A stretch of DNA of 64,000 nt, from positions 8,063-72,062 of the forward strand of contig JAUSJX010000012.1 in NCBI GenBank assembly GCA_030647435.1. The letters are read 5' to 3'. Source of the DNA: Candidatus Rokuibacteriota bacterium (GTDB taxonomy: Bacteria > Methylomirabilota > Methylomirabilia > Rokubacteriales > CSP1-6). The position numbers and the translations under genes are program-made. Below the pieces are notes generated by a model that ran no database searches, was not told where the DNA came from, and saw only the letters and a program-made list of their open reading frames with translations. Position 1 is the stretch's first letter. Each line of letters begins with the position of its first letter. Below are positions 30,160 through 39,860 of the stretch, piece by piece.

Positions 30160-30668
30160 AGACGAAGACTCCGTCCAGGGCCGCGAGGATCCGCCTGCTG
30201 GTCCTCGACGTGGACGGCGTCCTCACCGACGGCGTTCTGGTCTACGGCGCCTCGGGCGAAGAGACCAAGCGCTTTCATGTCAGGGACGGGCTCGCCATAC
30301 AGGTCGCGCGGCGCGCGGGTGTCGAGATCGCGGTCGTCTCGGGGCGGGCCTCGGCGGCGGTGACCCGACGGATGAGCGAGCTTGGAGTCGTCGAGGTGCA
30401 CCAGGGAGTCGCAGACAAGGAATCCTTGCTGCGCGGTCTCCTGGCGCGGCTCGGCGTGAAGGCGGCCGAGACCGCCGTCATGGGCGACGACCTGGTCGAC
30501 TTGCCCGTCATGCGGATCGCCGGACTTGCCATGGCTCCGGCGGACGCCGTACCCGAGGTGCGGCGAGCTTCGGGCTGGGTCTCCCGATCGGCCGGTGGGC
30601 ATGGCGCCGTGAGAGAAGCCGTCGAGTTCCTGCTTCGATCCCGCAAGGCCTGGCCCCCCCGCGAGTAG
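30156..30668 (+). CDS. kdsC: 3-deoxy-D-manno-octulosonate-8-phosphate phosphatase
   Basis: HAD motif LLVLDVDGVLTDG; GDDLVDLPVM; about 170 aa. Confidence 0.85.
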   Translation: MKTKTPSRAARIRLLVLDVDGVLTDGVLVYGASGEETKRFHVRDGLAIQVARRAGVEIAVVSGRASAAVTRRMSELGVVEVHQGVADKESLLRGLLARLGVKAAETAVMGDDLVDLPVMRIAGLAMAPADAVPEVRRASGWVSRSAGGHGAVREAVEFLLRSRKAWPPRE

Positions 30669-30746
30669 GCCTCAAAGCGCGGCGCTGCCGGGCTTTCTTC
30701 TTTGCCCGGCCAGTGGTGGTGTGCTACCGTGGTACCGAAATTGCAT

Positions 30747-31337
30747 ATGGACCGTGCAGCCACCGGAATCGCTCTTGGCGTCATCCTCTTCGTGACGGTC
30801 GTGATCGGTGTCCTCATCGTCAAGGGACATCGCGCCTCGGCCCCCCGACAAGAAGTTGTGTCCTCGCAAGCCGACCAGGAGATCAAGGAGATCCACATCC
30901 AGGAGGACGCCAAGGGCGGGAGCTATCGCTGGAGCCTCGACGCTGAGCAGGCGGAGTCCTATCCGGGGACCGGTAAGACCGTTCTCCGGAAGGTGACGAT
31001 CGGGGTCGAAGAGCCCGGCAGGCACTGGAAGGTGACGAGCGATGAGGGCGACCTCGTCCAGGACACCCGGGACGTCGAGCTGCGCGGCAAAGTCGTCCTG
31101 GTGTCCAGCGAGGGGCTGCGCGTGGAGACGACGGTGCTGCGGTGGAGCAACGCAGAGGGAAGGGCGTGGACGGACCAGCCGGTGACCATCTATAGGGGCG
31201 GAGGGGTGGTCAAGGGCACCGGACTCGAAGTCCGCCCCTCCGAAGAGATCACGCTCGTCCACGGGCGCGTCACGGCGACCTTCGGCGGGACCAAGACGAC
31301 AGCGGCTCCGGCTCCCGTCAAGAAGAAGAAATCGTGA
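30747..31337 (+). CDS. lptC: LPS export protein LptC
   Basis: Single N-terminal TM followed by a beta-jellyroll-like domain; sits in the conserved kdsC-lptC-lptA-lptB position. ATG 30747 preferred over the TTG at 30702. Confidence 0.65.
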   Translation: MDRAATGIALGVILFVTVVIGVLIVKGHRASAPRQEVVSSQADQEIKEIHIQEDAKGGSYRWSLDAEQAESYPGTGKTVLRKVTIGVEEPGRHWKVTSDEGDLVQDTRDVELRGKVVLVSSEGLRVETTVLRWSNAEGRAWTDQPVTIYRGGGVVKGTGLEVRPSEEITLVHGRVTATFGGTKTTAAPAPVKKKKS

Positions 31338-31936
31338 AGTTCCCCGTTGTGACGCCCGCGCTCGGCGTAGCTCTCCTCATCGTCGTCGTGTTCACGGGAA
31401 TAGCGGCGGCCCAGCAGCAGGGCGCTGTTAAGCCGCGCCCCGCGGCCTCGGGCCCGACGTTGACCCCGCCCGCGGCGCCGGGTACCGAAGGCAAGAATGG
31501 GCCGGTGATCGTCGACTCCGACAGCCTCGAGAGCATGCAGAAGGAAGGGCTCTCCGTCTTCAAGGGCAACGTCGTGGCCAAGCAGAACAACTCGGTCCAG
31601 TACGCCGACCGGATGGAAGTGTACACGGACTCCAAGACGGACCGCATCGAGCGCGTGGTGTCTACCGGCAATGTCCGGATCATCACCCGCGACTGCCGCA
31701 TGGGGACTGCCGGCCGCACCGAGTACTACGACGCCGAGCAGCGTATGGTGCTCATCGGCAACGCGCGGGTGTGGCGGGGGGCCGACATCGTTACCGGCGA
31801 GCGGATCACCATCTACCTCGCCGAGGACCGGAGCCTGGCCGAGGGAGGCAAGCAGGAGCGCGTCAAGGCCATCTTCTACCAGGAGCGCCCAAAAACCGAG
31901 ATCAAGATGGGCCCGAATGGGCCCATATGTCCCTGA
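31334..31936 (+). CDS. lptA: LPS transport periplasmic protein LptA (OstA N-terminal-like domain)
   Basis: Signal peptide; IVDSDSLE...[21 protein letters not shown]...[21 protein letters not shown]. Confidence 0.8.
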   Translation: MKFPVVTPALGVALLIVVVFTGIAAAQQQGAVKPRPAASGPTLTPPAAPGTEGKNGPVIVDSDSLESMQKEGLSVFKGNVVAKQNNSVQYADRMEVYTDSKTDRIERVVSTGNVRIITRDCRMGTAGRTEYYDAEQRMVLIGNARVWRGADIVTGERITIYLAEDRSLAEGGKQERVKAIFYQERPKTEIKMGPNGPICP

Positions 31937-31937
31937 T

Positions 31938-32660
31938 ATGGAAGGCCTGATAGCCCAGGGCTTGAGGAAGAGGTTTAGGAACCGGCTCGTCGTGGACCGG
32001 GTCAGCCTCGACATCCAGCGGGGCGAGGTCGTGGGGCTCCTCGGGCCCAACGGCGCCGGCAAGACGACGTCCTTCTACATGATCGTCGGGCTCCTCCGGG
32101 CCGACGGCGGCCGGATCTATCTCGAAGGGCGCGAAGTGACGGACCTGCCCATGTACAAGCGCTGCCGGCTGGGCATGGGCTACCTGCCTCAGGAATCGTC
32201 GGTGTTCCGCAAGCTGACCGTCGAAGAGAACCTGCTGGCCATCCTGGAGACCCTCGACCTCTCCCACGACGAACGCCAGGCCAAGCTCCAGGTCCTCTTG
32301 GCCGAGCTGGATCTGACGAGGCTCGCGCGGCACAAGGCCTACACGCTCTCGGGCGGCGAGCGGCGGCGCCTCGAGATCACGCGCGCGCTCGTCACGAACC
32401 CGCGGTACCTGCTCCTCGACGAGCCGTTCACCGGCATCGACCCGATCGCCATCGGCGACATCCAGGAGATCGTCGGCCGGCTCAAGGACCGCGGCATCGG
32501 GGTCCTGATCACCGACCACAATGTCCGGGAGACGCTCGCGATTACGGACCGCGCGTACATCCTGCACAACGGCAAGATCCTGGCCTCCGGCACGGCCAGC
32601 GAGCTGGCGAACAACCCCAAGGCACGCGAGATCTACCTCGGCGAGAAATTCTCGCTCTGA
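31938..32660 (+). CDS. lptB: LPS export ABC transporter ATP-binding protein
   Basis: Walker [10 protein letters not shown]; signature [11 protein letters not shown]; Walker B LLLDEPF. Confidence 0.92.
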   Translation: MEGLIAQGLRKRFRNRLVVDRVSLDIQRGEVVGLLGPNGAGKTTSFYMIVGLLRADGGRIYLEGREVTDLPMYKRCRLGMGYLPQESSVFRKLTVEENLLAILETLDLSHDERQAKLQVLLAELDLTRLARHKAYTLSGGERRRLEITRALVTNPRYLLLDEPFTGIDPIAIGDIQEIVGRLKDRGIGVLITDHNVRETLAITDRAYILHNGKILASGTASELANNPKAREIYLGEKFSL

Positions 32661-32686
32661 TGCGGCCCGCCCGGACCGTCTAACCC

Positions 32687-34147
32687 ATGCGCCTGTCCCT
32701 TCGCCAGACCCAGCGGGTCGTGATGACCCCGCTCCTCCAGCAGGCGATCCAGCTGCTGCAGCTCTCCACGCTCGAGCTCGAGCAGGTCGTGCGCAAAGAG
32801 CTCGAGGAGAACCCGCTCCTGGAGGAGCTGCCGGAGGAGACGCAGGACGTGGACGCGGACGCGCAGGCCCCGACCGAACCCGGAGCGCCGGAGATGGAGG
32901 CCGCCCCCGCGCCCGTCGAGCCCGTGTCCAAGGAGACCAGCTCCGTGGACGGCGAGCGGGCCGACGAGCTGCCCTTCGACCTGACACAGGCGGTCTTCGA
33001 CGAGCCCGACGAGCGGACGCCCGTGTCCACGGAGGAGCGGGAGGACCTGCCGTTCGAGAACCTGGGCCGCACGGGCACTTCTCTCGACGAGCACCTGAAC
33101 GAGCAGTTGCGCTGGGCGACCGACGATCCGCGGACCGTCGCCATCGGCGAGGGCATCATCGGCAACATCGACGACGACGGCTACCTCCGGGCGGACGTGG
33201 ACGAGATCGCCCTCGGCATGGGCGCCACCGTCCTGGAGGTGGAGCAGGCCCTCCGGCTGGTGCAGGGGTTCGACCCGACGGGCGTGGGCGCCCGCAGCGT
33301 GCACGAGTGCCTGCTCCTCCAGCTGACGGCCGACTCCGAGCCCGACCCCGTGTCCGTCGAGATCGTCGAGAAGCACTTCGAGGACCTCGAGCGGCGCCGC
33401 TACACGGAGATCGCGCGGGCGCTCAAGCTGCCGCTCGACCGCGTCATGGAGTCGGTGGAGGAGATCCAGGCGCTCGAGCCCAAGCCCGGCCGCCGCTTCG
33501 CGGTCTCCGACCAGCGCTACATCGCCCCCGACGTCTCGATCCACAAGGTGGGCGAGGACTACGTCGTCGTGCTCAACGAGGAGGGCATCCCGCGCCTCCG
33601 GGTCAACGCGCTGTACCGCTCGCTTCTTCGCCGCTCGGACGGCGAGGCCAAGCAATATGTGGAGCAGAAGCTCCGCTCCGCCGTGTGGCTCATCAAGAGC
33701 GTCGAGCAGCGCCAGCGGACGCTCCGGAAGGTGACGCAGAGCCTCGTCAAGTTCCAGCGCGACTTCCTCGACAGGGGCATCGCCCACCTGCGGCCGCTCG
33801 CGCTGCGCGACGTGGGCGAGGACATCGGGATGCACGAGTCCACCATCAGCCGCGTCACCACGAACAAGTACGTCGAGACGCCGCAGGGGCTGTTCGAGCT
33901 GAAGTACTTTTTTCACAGCGGGATCGCCTCGGACAGCGGCGAGATGGTCTCCTCCGTCTCGATCAAGAAGAAGATCCGCGACATGGTCGCTGCGGAGGCC
34001 TCGGGCAAGCCGCTCTCCGACCAGGAGGTCGCCCAGGTGCTCCGGGGGCAGGGCTTGAACATCGCGCGACGGACCGTCGCCAAGTACCGGGAGGAGCTGG
34101 GCATCATGCCCTCCCACCAGCGGCGTTTCACGCCCAAGAAGCGGTGA
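32687..34147 (+). CDS. rpoN: RNA polymerase sigma-54 factor
   Basis: N-terminal Gln/Leu-rich region (LLQQAIQLLQLSTLELEQ); HTH; RpoN box ARRTVAKYRE. Confidence 0.95.
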   Translation: MRLSLRQTQRVVMTPLLQQAIQLLQLSTLELEQVVRKELEENPLLEELPEETQDVDADAQAPTEPGAPEMEAAPAPVEPVSKETSSVDGERADELPFDLTQAVFDEPDERTPVSTEEREDLPFENLGRTGTSLDEHLNEQLRWATDDPRTVAIGEGIIGNIDDDGYLRADVDEIALGMGATVLEVEQALRLVQGFDPTGVGARSVHECLLLQLTADSEPDPVSVEIVEKHFEDLERRRYTEIARALKLPLDRVMESVEEIQALEPKPGRRFAVSDQRYIAPDVSIHKVGEDYVVVLNEEGIPRLRVNALYRSLLRRSDGEAKQYVEQKLRSAVWLIKSVEQRQRTLRKVTQSLVKFQRDFLDRGIAHLRPLALRDVGEDIGMHESTISRVTTNKYVETPQGLFELKYFFHSGIASDSGEMVSSVSIKKKIRDMVAAEASGKPLSDQEVAQVLRGQGLNIARRTVAKYREELGIMPSHQRRFTPKKR

Positions 34148-35043
34148 CCGCGGTGAGCGGACCCGAGCCCGCGGCCGTCCCGGCGCTGCGGTTCGTGATC
34201 ATCACCGGCATGTCGGGCGCGGGCCGGAGCTTCGCGATCAAGTGCCTCGAGGACCTCGGCTACTTTTGCGTGGACAACCTGCCGACGACCCTGATCCCGA
34301 CCTTCGCGGAGCTCTGCGCGCATTCGAGCCGCGACATGCGCCTGATCGCCCTCGGGGTGGACATCCGGGAGGGCGAGTACCTCGCCCACCTGATGGAGAC
34401 GCTCGCCGAGCTCCGCGCCCAGGGGCACAAGCCCGAGGTGGTCTTTCTCGAGGCGGCGGAGGAGACCCTCGTGCGGCGCTACCAGGAGACGCGCCGCCGC
34501 CACCCCCTTGCCGCTGGCGGGACCGTCCTCGAGGGCATCCGCGCGGAGCGCCGGGCGCTCGCCAACCTGCGCGAGAGCGCGGACCAGATCATCGACACCA
34601 CGGGCCTCTCGGTCCACCAGCTCAAGGAGCGCCTGGTCGAGGGCTACGGGCCCCAGGGGCCGCGTGACGCGCTGACGGTCTCGCTCATGTCCTTCGGCTT
34701 CAAGCACGGGGCGCCCTACGACGCCGACCTCGTCTTCGACGTCCGCTTCCTGCCGAACCCGCACTTCGTGGAGGGCCTCAAGCGCCTCGACGGCCGCGAC
34801 GCCCCGGTGGAAGAGTTCGTGATGTCGTTCGAGGAGAGCCGCCAGCTGCTGGCGAAGATCGAGGACCTCTTGCGCTTCCTCCTGCCGCTCTACCGCCGGG
34901 AGGGCAAGGCCTACCTGACGGTCGCCCTGGGGTGCACCGGAGGCCGCCACCGCTCGGTGACCCTCGTGGAGCTGCTTCGGCGCTCCCTTGAGGGCGCGGG
35001 CCTGGCGCCCGTGGTGCGGCACCGGGACATCGACCGTGAGTGA
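34144..35043 (+). CDS. rapZ: RNase adapter protein RapZ (YhbJ, P-loop NTPase)
   Basis: FVIITGMSGAGRSFAIKCLEDLGYFCVDNLP; GTG start overlapping the rpoN stop. Confidence 0.88.
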   Translation: MTAVSGPEPAAVPALRFVIITGMSGAGRSFAIKCLEDLGYFCVDNLPTTLIPTFAELCAHSSRDMRLIALGVDIREGEYLAHLMETLAELRAQGHKPEVVFLEAAEETLVRRYQETRRRHPLAAGGTVLEGIRAERRALANLRESADQIIDTTGLSVHQLKERLVEGYGPQGPRDALTVSLMSFGFKHGAPYDADLVFDVRFLPNPHFVEGLKRLDGRDAPVEEFVMSFEESRQLLAKIEDLLRFLLPLYRREGKAYLTVALGCTGGRHRSVTLVELLRRSLEGAGLAPVVRHRDIDRE

Positions 35044-37144
35044 GGGCCTTCGCTTCCTCTTCGGGGTCCACAACCACCAGCCCGCCGGAAACTTCGACTC
35101 GGTCATCCTGGACGCCGCGCAGTCGGCGTACCACCCGTTCCTCGAAGCCGCGCGCGCCGTTCCCGGCGTCGTCCTGACCGTGCACTGCTCGGGAGGCCTC
35201 CTGGCCTTCCTCCGCGAGCGGGCACGGCCGACCTTCGACCTCCTGGGCCGGCTCGCGACCGATGGCCGCATCGAGCTTCTGACGGGCGGCTTCTTCGAGC
35301 CCATCCTGTCCATGCTCCCGGACGCGGACAAGGTGGGCCAGATCCAGGCGCTGAGCGAGTTCCTGCGCGAGAATTTCGGTGTGAAGCCTCGCGGCATGTG
35401 GCTGGCCGAGAGGGTTTGGGAGCCGCACATGCCGAAGGCACTCAGGCGGGCGGGCGTCGAGTTCGTGGTCCTGGACGACGCGCACTTCGCCTTGGCCGGC
35501 CTCGAGCCTGAGTCGCTGGGCGGTTACTATCTGACGGAGGAGCAAGGCGCGACGGTCGCCGTCTTTCCCATCAGCCAACGGCTGCGCTACCTCGTGCCCT
35601 TCGCCGAGCCGGCGGAGACCATCCGGTATCTCGGTGAGCGGCGGGGCTCGGGAGCGGTGACGCTCTTCGACGACGGCGAGAAGTTCGGCGTGTGGCCCGG
35701 CACTCACCGCCTGGCCTACGACGAGGGGTGGCTCGCGCGCTTCTTCGAGGCACTCGCCGAAGCGCCGGGTATCACGCTCTCCACCTTCTCGGCCTGGCTC
35801 GACGCGGCGCCGGCGGCCGGACGCGTGTACCTGCCCACGGCCTCCTACACCGAGATGGGCGAGTGGGCGCTGCCCGCCGCCATGGGCGAGGAGCTCGAAG
35901 AGGCGCGCCGGCGGCTCCTGGCGCTGCCCGACGGCCTACGCCTGGCGCGGCTCCTCCGGGGCGGCTTCTGGCGCAATTTCCTCGTGAAGTATCCGGAGAC
36001 GGGCGACGCGTACCGGCGCATGCTGCGCCTGTCGGAGCGGCTCCACGACGCGCTGGCGCGGCGCCCGGACGACCCGCGCCTTGCCGCCGCGCGCGAAGAC
36101 CTCTGGCGCGGCCAGGGCAATGACGCCTACTGGCACGGCGTCTTCGGCGGCTGCTACCTGCCGCACCTCCGGCGCGCCGTTGGGAGCGCGCTCCTGGCCG
36201 CTGAGCGGCGGCTCGACGATGTGCTGGGCGCTCCGGCGCTCTCCTGGGCGCGCGACGACGTGGACGGCGACGGTCGCGCCGAGCTCAGGGTGCGCACGCC
36301 CGAGCTCTGCGTGACGCTCCGCCCGGAAGCGGGCGGCACGGTGACGGAGCTCGCCTTCCGCCCGCGCGATCTCGATATAGCCGGGGTGTTCACCCGACGT
36401 CGCGAGATGTACCACGGCCGCGTCAAGGAGAGCGCGGCCGTGTCGGGCGGCGGCCTAGTCACGACTATCCACGCGGCTCCGGGGTCCAAGGAAGAGGGCT
36501 TAGCAGACCTGCTCGACTACGACCCGTTCAGGCGCGCGTCGCTCCTCGACGGGGTCTTCGCTCCCGGGGCGCCTCCCGATCCGCTCGCCCCCTGGGCGGT
36601 GGCGCGGGCAGCGATGGGCGAGACGCCGATGCCGAGCGAGATCGTCGAGCGGAGCGGCGAGGTCGAGATCGCGCTCGGCCCGACGGCCCTCGACGGCCTG
36701 CCGCTCGCCGTCGAGAAGCGGATACGAATCGGAGCGGAAGGCGCCGGGCTCCGCGCCCGCTACAGCCTCACGTGGCACGGCGACGAGGCGTTCGAGGGCA
36801 CGTGGGCCGTACAGCTCAATCTCGCGCTGACGGCGGGCGACGCCCCGGGGCGGTACTACCGGCTCCCGGGCTCGCCCTCTCTGGGCTCGCGCGGCTCGCT
36901 CGCGAGCGCGGCGAGTCTCACCTTGGTGGACGAGTGGATCGGCTGCGAGGTCGAGATCGGCTGGAGCGGCCCGGGCGGCGCCGGCTGGGCGCCGATCGAG
37001 ACGGTATCGCTCTCCGAAGCCGGATTCGAGCGGATCTACCAGGGCTCGGCCGTCCTTGTCAGCTGGCCGTTGGCGCTGGCGCCCGGCGGATCGTGGGAGG
37101 GCGAGCTTCGCATCGTCCCGCGCTCGATCCCACGGTCCGACTAA
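35036..37144 (+). CDS. Glycoside hydrolase family 57 enzyme (alpha-glucan branching enzyme / alpha-amylase / 4-alpha-glucanotransferase-like)
   Basis: GH57 conserved regions: I VHNHQP; II RIELLTGGFFEPIL; III GMWLAERVWEP (nucleophile Glu); IV FDDGEKFG (acid/base Asp); GTG start overlapping the rapZ stop. Confidence 0.8.
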   Translation: MSEGLRFLFGVHNHQPAGNFDSVILDAAQSAYHPFLEAARAVPGVVLTVHCSGGLLAFLRERARPTFDLLGRLATDGRIELLTGGFFEPILSMLPDADKVGQIQALSEFLRENFGVKPRGMWLAERVWEPHMPKALRRAGVEFVVLDDAHFALAGLEPESLGGYYLTEEQGATVAVFPISQRLRYLVPFAEPAETIRYLGERRGSGAVTLFDDGEKFGVWPGTHRLAYDEGWLARFFEALAEAPGITLSTFSAWLDAAPAAGRVYLPTASYTEMGEWALPAAMGEELEEARRRLLALPDGLRLARLLRGGFWRNFLVKYPETGDAYRRMLRLSERLHDALARRPDDPRLAAAREDLWRGQGNDAYWHGVFGGCYLPHLRRAVGSALLAAERRLDDVLGAPALSWARDDVDGDGRAELRVRTPELCVTLRPEAGGTVTELAFRPRDLDIAGVFTRRREMYHGRVKESAAVSGGGLVTTIHAAPGSKEEGLADLLDYDPFRRASLLDGVFAPGAPPDPLAPWAVARAAMGETPMPSEIVERSGEVEIALGPTALDGLPLAVEKRIRIGAEGAGLRARYSLTWHGDEAFEGTWAVQLNLALTAGDAPGRYYRLPGSPSLGSRGSLASAASLTLVDEWIGCEVEIGWSGPGGAGWAPIETVSLSEAGFERIYQGSAVLVSWPLALAPGGSWEGELRIVPRSIPRSD

Positions 37145-37211
37145 GCGCGGTTCAGGCTGAGCGCGCTGCCTGACGGCGCGCCCTCGAAGATGCGGCGCGC
37201 GGGCATTTCCC

Positions 37212-37240
37212 TTGAGGGGTATGAGCACCCATGCTACTCT
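37212..37240 (+). promoter_or_regulatory. Weak sigma-70-like promoter candidate (TTGAGG-N17-TACTCT) upstream of metK
   Basis: Hexamer match by eye only. Confidence 0.2.
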
Positions 37241-37311
37241 CCCACAAGCGCGTCCTGAGACGGCGCGCACCGCATCCACTGGACGACGGGCACACCCCAG
37301 GGAGGAAGACG

Positions 37312-38463
37312 ATGGCGCGTGAGGAGTACCTGTTCACTTCGGAGTCGGTGACCGAGGGGCATCCGGACAAGATCGCAGACCAGATCTCCGACGCCGTCCT
37401 GGACGCTATCCTGGCCCAGGACCCGACGGGGCGGGTGGCGTGCGAGACGCTCCTGACCACCGGGCTTGTCGTCGTGGCGGGCGAGATCACCACGTCCTGC
37501 TACGTGGACATTCCGAGGATCGCCCGCGAGACCATCAAGGCGGTCGGCTACACGCGCGCCAAGTACGGCTTCGACTACGAGACCTGCGCTGTGATCACGG
37601 CCATCGACGAACAGTCGGGCGACATCGCCATGGGCGTGGACAAGCTGGGCGCCGGCGACCAGGGGCTGATGTTCGGGTACGCGTGCACGGAGACCGAGGA
37701 GCTTATGCCGCTGCCCATTATGCTCTCGCACAAGCTGGTGCAGCGCCTGACGGCGGTGCGGAAGAGCGGCGCGCTCGACTACCTCCGGCCCGACGGCAAG
37801 AGCCAGGTGTCGGTGCGCTACGTCGACGGCAAGCCGGTGTCGGTCGAGACCGTGGTCATCTCGACCCAGCACAGCCCCGACGTGACGCTGGAGAAGATCC
37901 GGCAGGACCTGGTCGAGCATGTCGTGATCCCGACCATTCCGAAGCACCTGATCGACCCCAAGCGGATCACGTATCACATCAACCCGACCGGGCGCTTCGT
38001 CACCGGCGGTCCCATGGGCGACACGGGGCTGACGGGGCGCAAGATCATCGTGGACACCTACGGCGGCTCCTGCCCCCACGGCGGCGGCGCGTTCTCGGGC
38101 AAGGATCCGACGAAGGTGGACCGATCGGCCTGCTACATGGCGCGCCACGTGGCCAAGAACATCGTGGCGGCCGGCCTCGCCGAGCGGGCGCAGGTGCAGG
38201 TGGCATACGCGATCGGCGTCGCCGACCCGGTCTCCATCATGGTGGAGACCTTCGGCACGGGAAAGGTGGCGAACGCCAAGCTCGAGGAGATGATCCGCCG
38301 CCACTTCGACTTCACGCCGGCGGGGATCATTAAATACCTCGACCTGCGCCGGCCGATCTACCAGAAGACGGCGGCCTACGGGCACTTCGGCCGCAGCGAG
38401 CCGGAGTTCACCTGGGAACACACGAACCGGGTCAAGGACCTGCGCGACGACGCGGGCATCTGA
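37312..38463 (+). CDS. metK: S-adenosylmethionine synthetase
   Basis: [21 protein letters not shown]; [16 protein letters not shown]. Confidence 0.97.
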   Translation: MAREEYLFTSESVTEGHPDKIADQISDAVLDAILAQDPTGRVACETLLTTGLVVVAGEITTSCYVDIPRIARETIKAVGYTRAKYGFDYETCAVITAIDEQSGDIAMGVDKLGAGDQGLMFGYACTETEELMPLPIMLSHKLVQRLTAVRKSGALDYLRPDGKSQVSVRYVDGKPVSVETVVISTQHSPDVTLEKIRQDLVEHVVIPTIPKHLIDPKRITYHINPTGRFVTGGPMGDTGLTGRKIIVDTYGGSCPHGGGAFSGKDPTKVDRSACYMARHVAKNIVAAGLAERAQVQVAYAIGVADPVSIMVETFGTGKVANAKLEEMIRRHFDFTPAGIIKYLDLRRPIYQKTAAYGHFGRSEPEFTWEHTNRVKDLRDDAGI

Positions 38464-39795
<1,332 letters not shown>

Positions 39796-39860
39796 CCGCC
39801 CCAGGCGGATTCGACCGCGACGCCCCCGGAGGATGCTCACCCGGGGGCCGGAGGTTCTCC

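Noticed and set aside
30688-30709. Hairpin (gccgggc...gcccggc) after kdsC as a terminator
   Set aside because: The T-rich run is in the loop rather than 3' of the stem, and lptC follows about 40 nt later in the conserved operon, so it is unlikely to be an efficient intrinsic terminator.
37145-37311. Possible SAM riboswitch upstream of metK
   Set aside because: I scanned the 167-nt leader for SAM-I, SAM-II or SAM-IV core motifs (for example the GGAGGGA...GGCCC / kink-turn signatures) and saw no recognisable match. A covariance-model scan would be needed to be sure.
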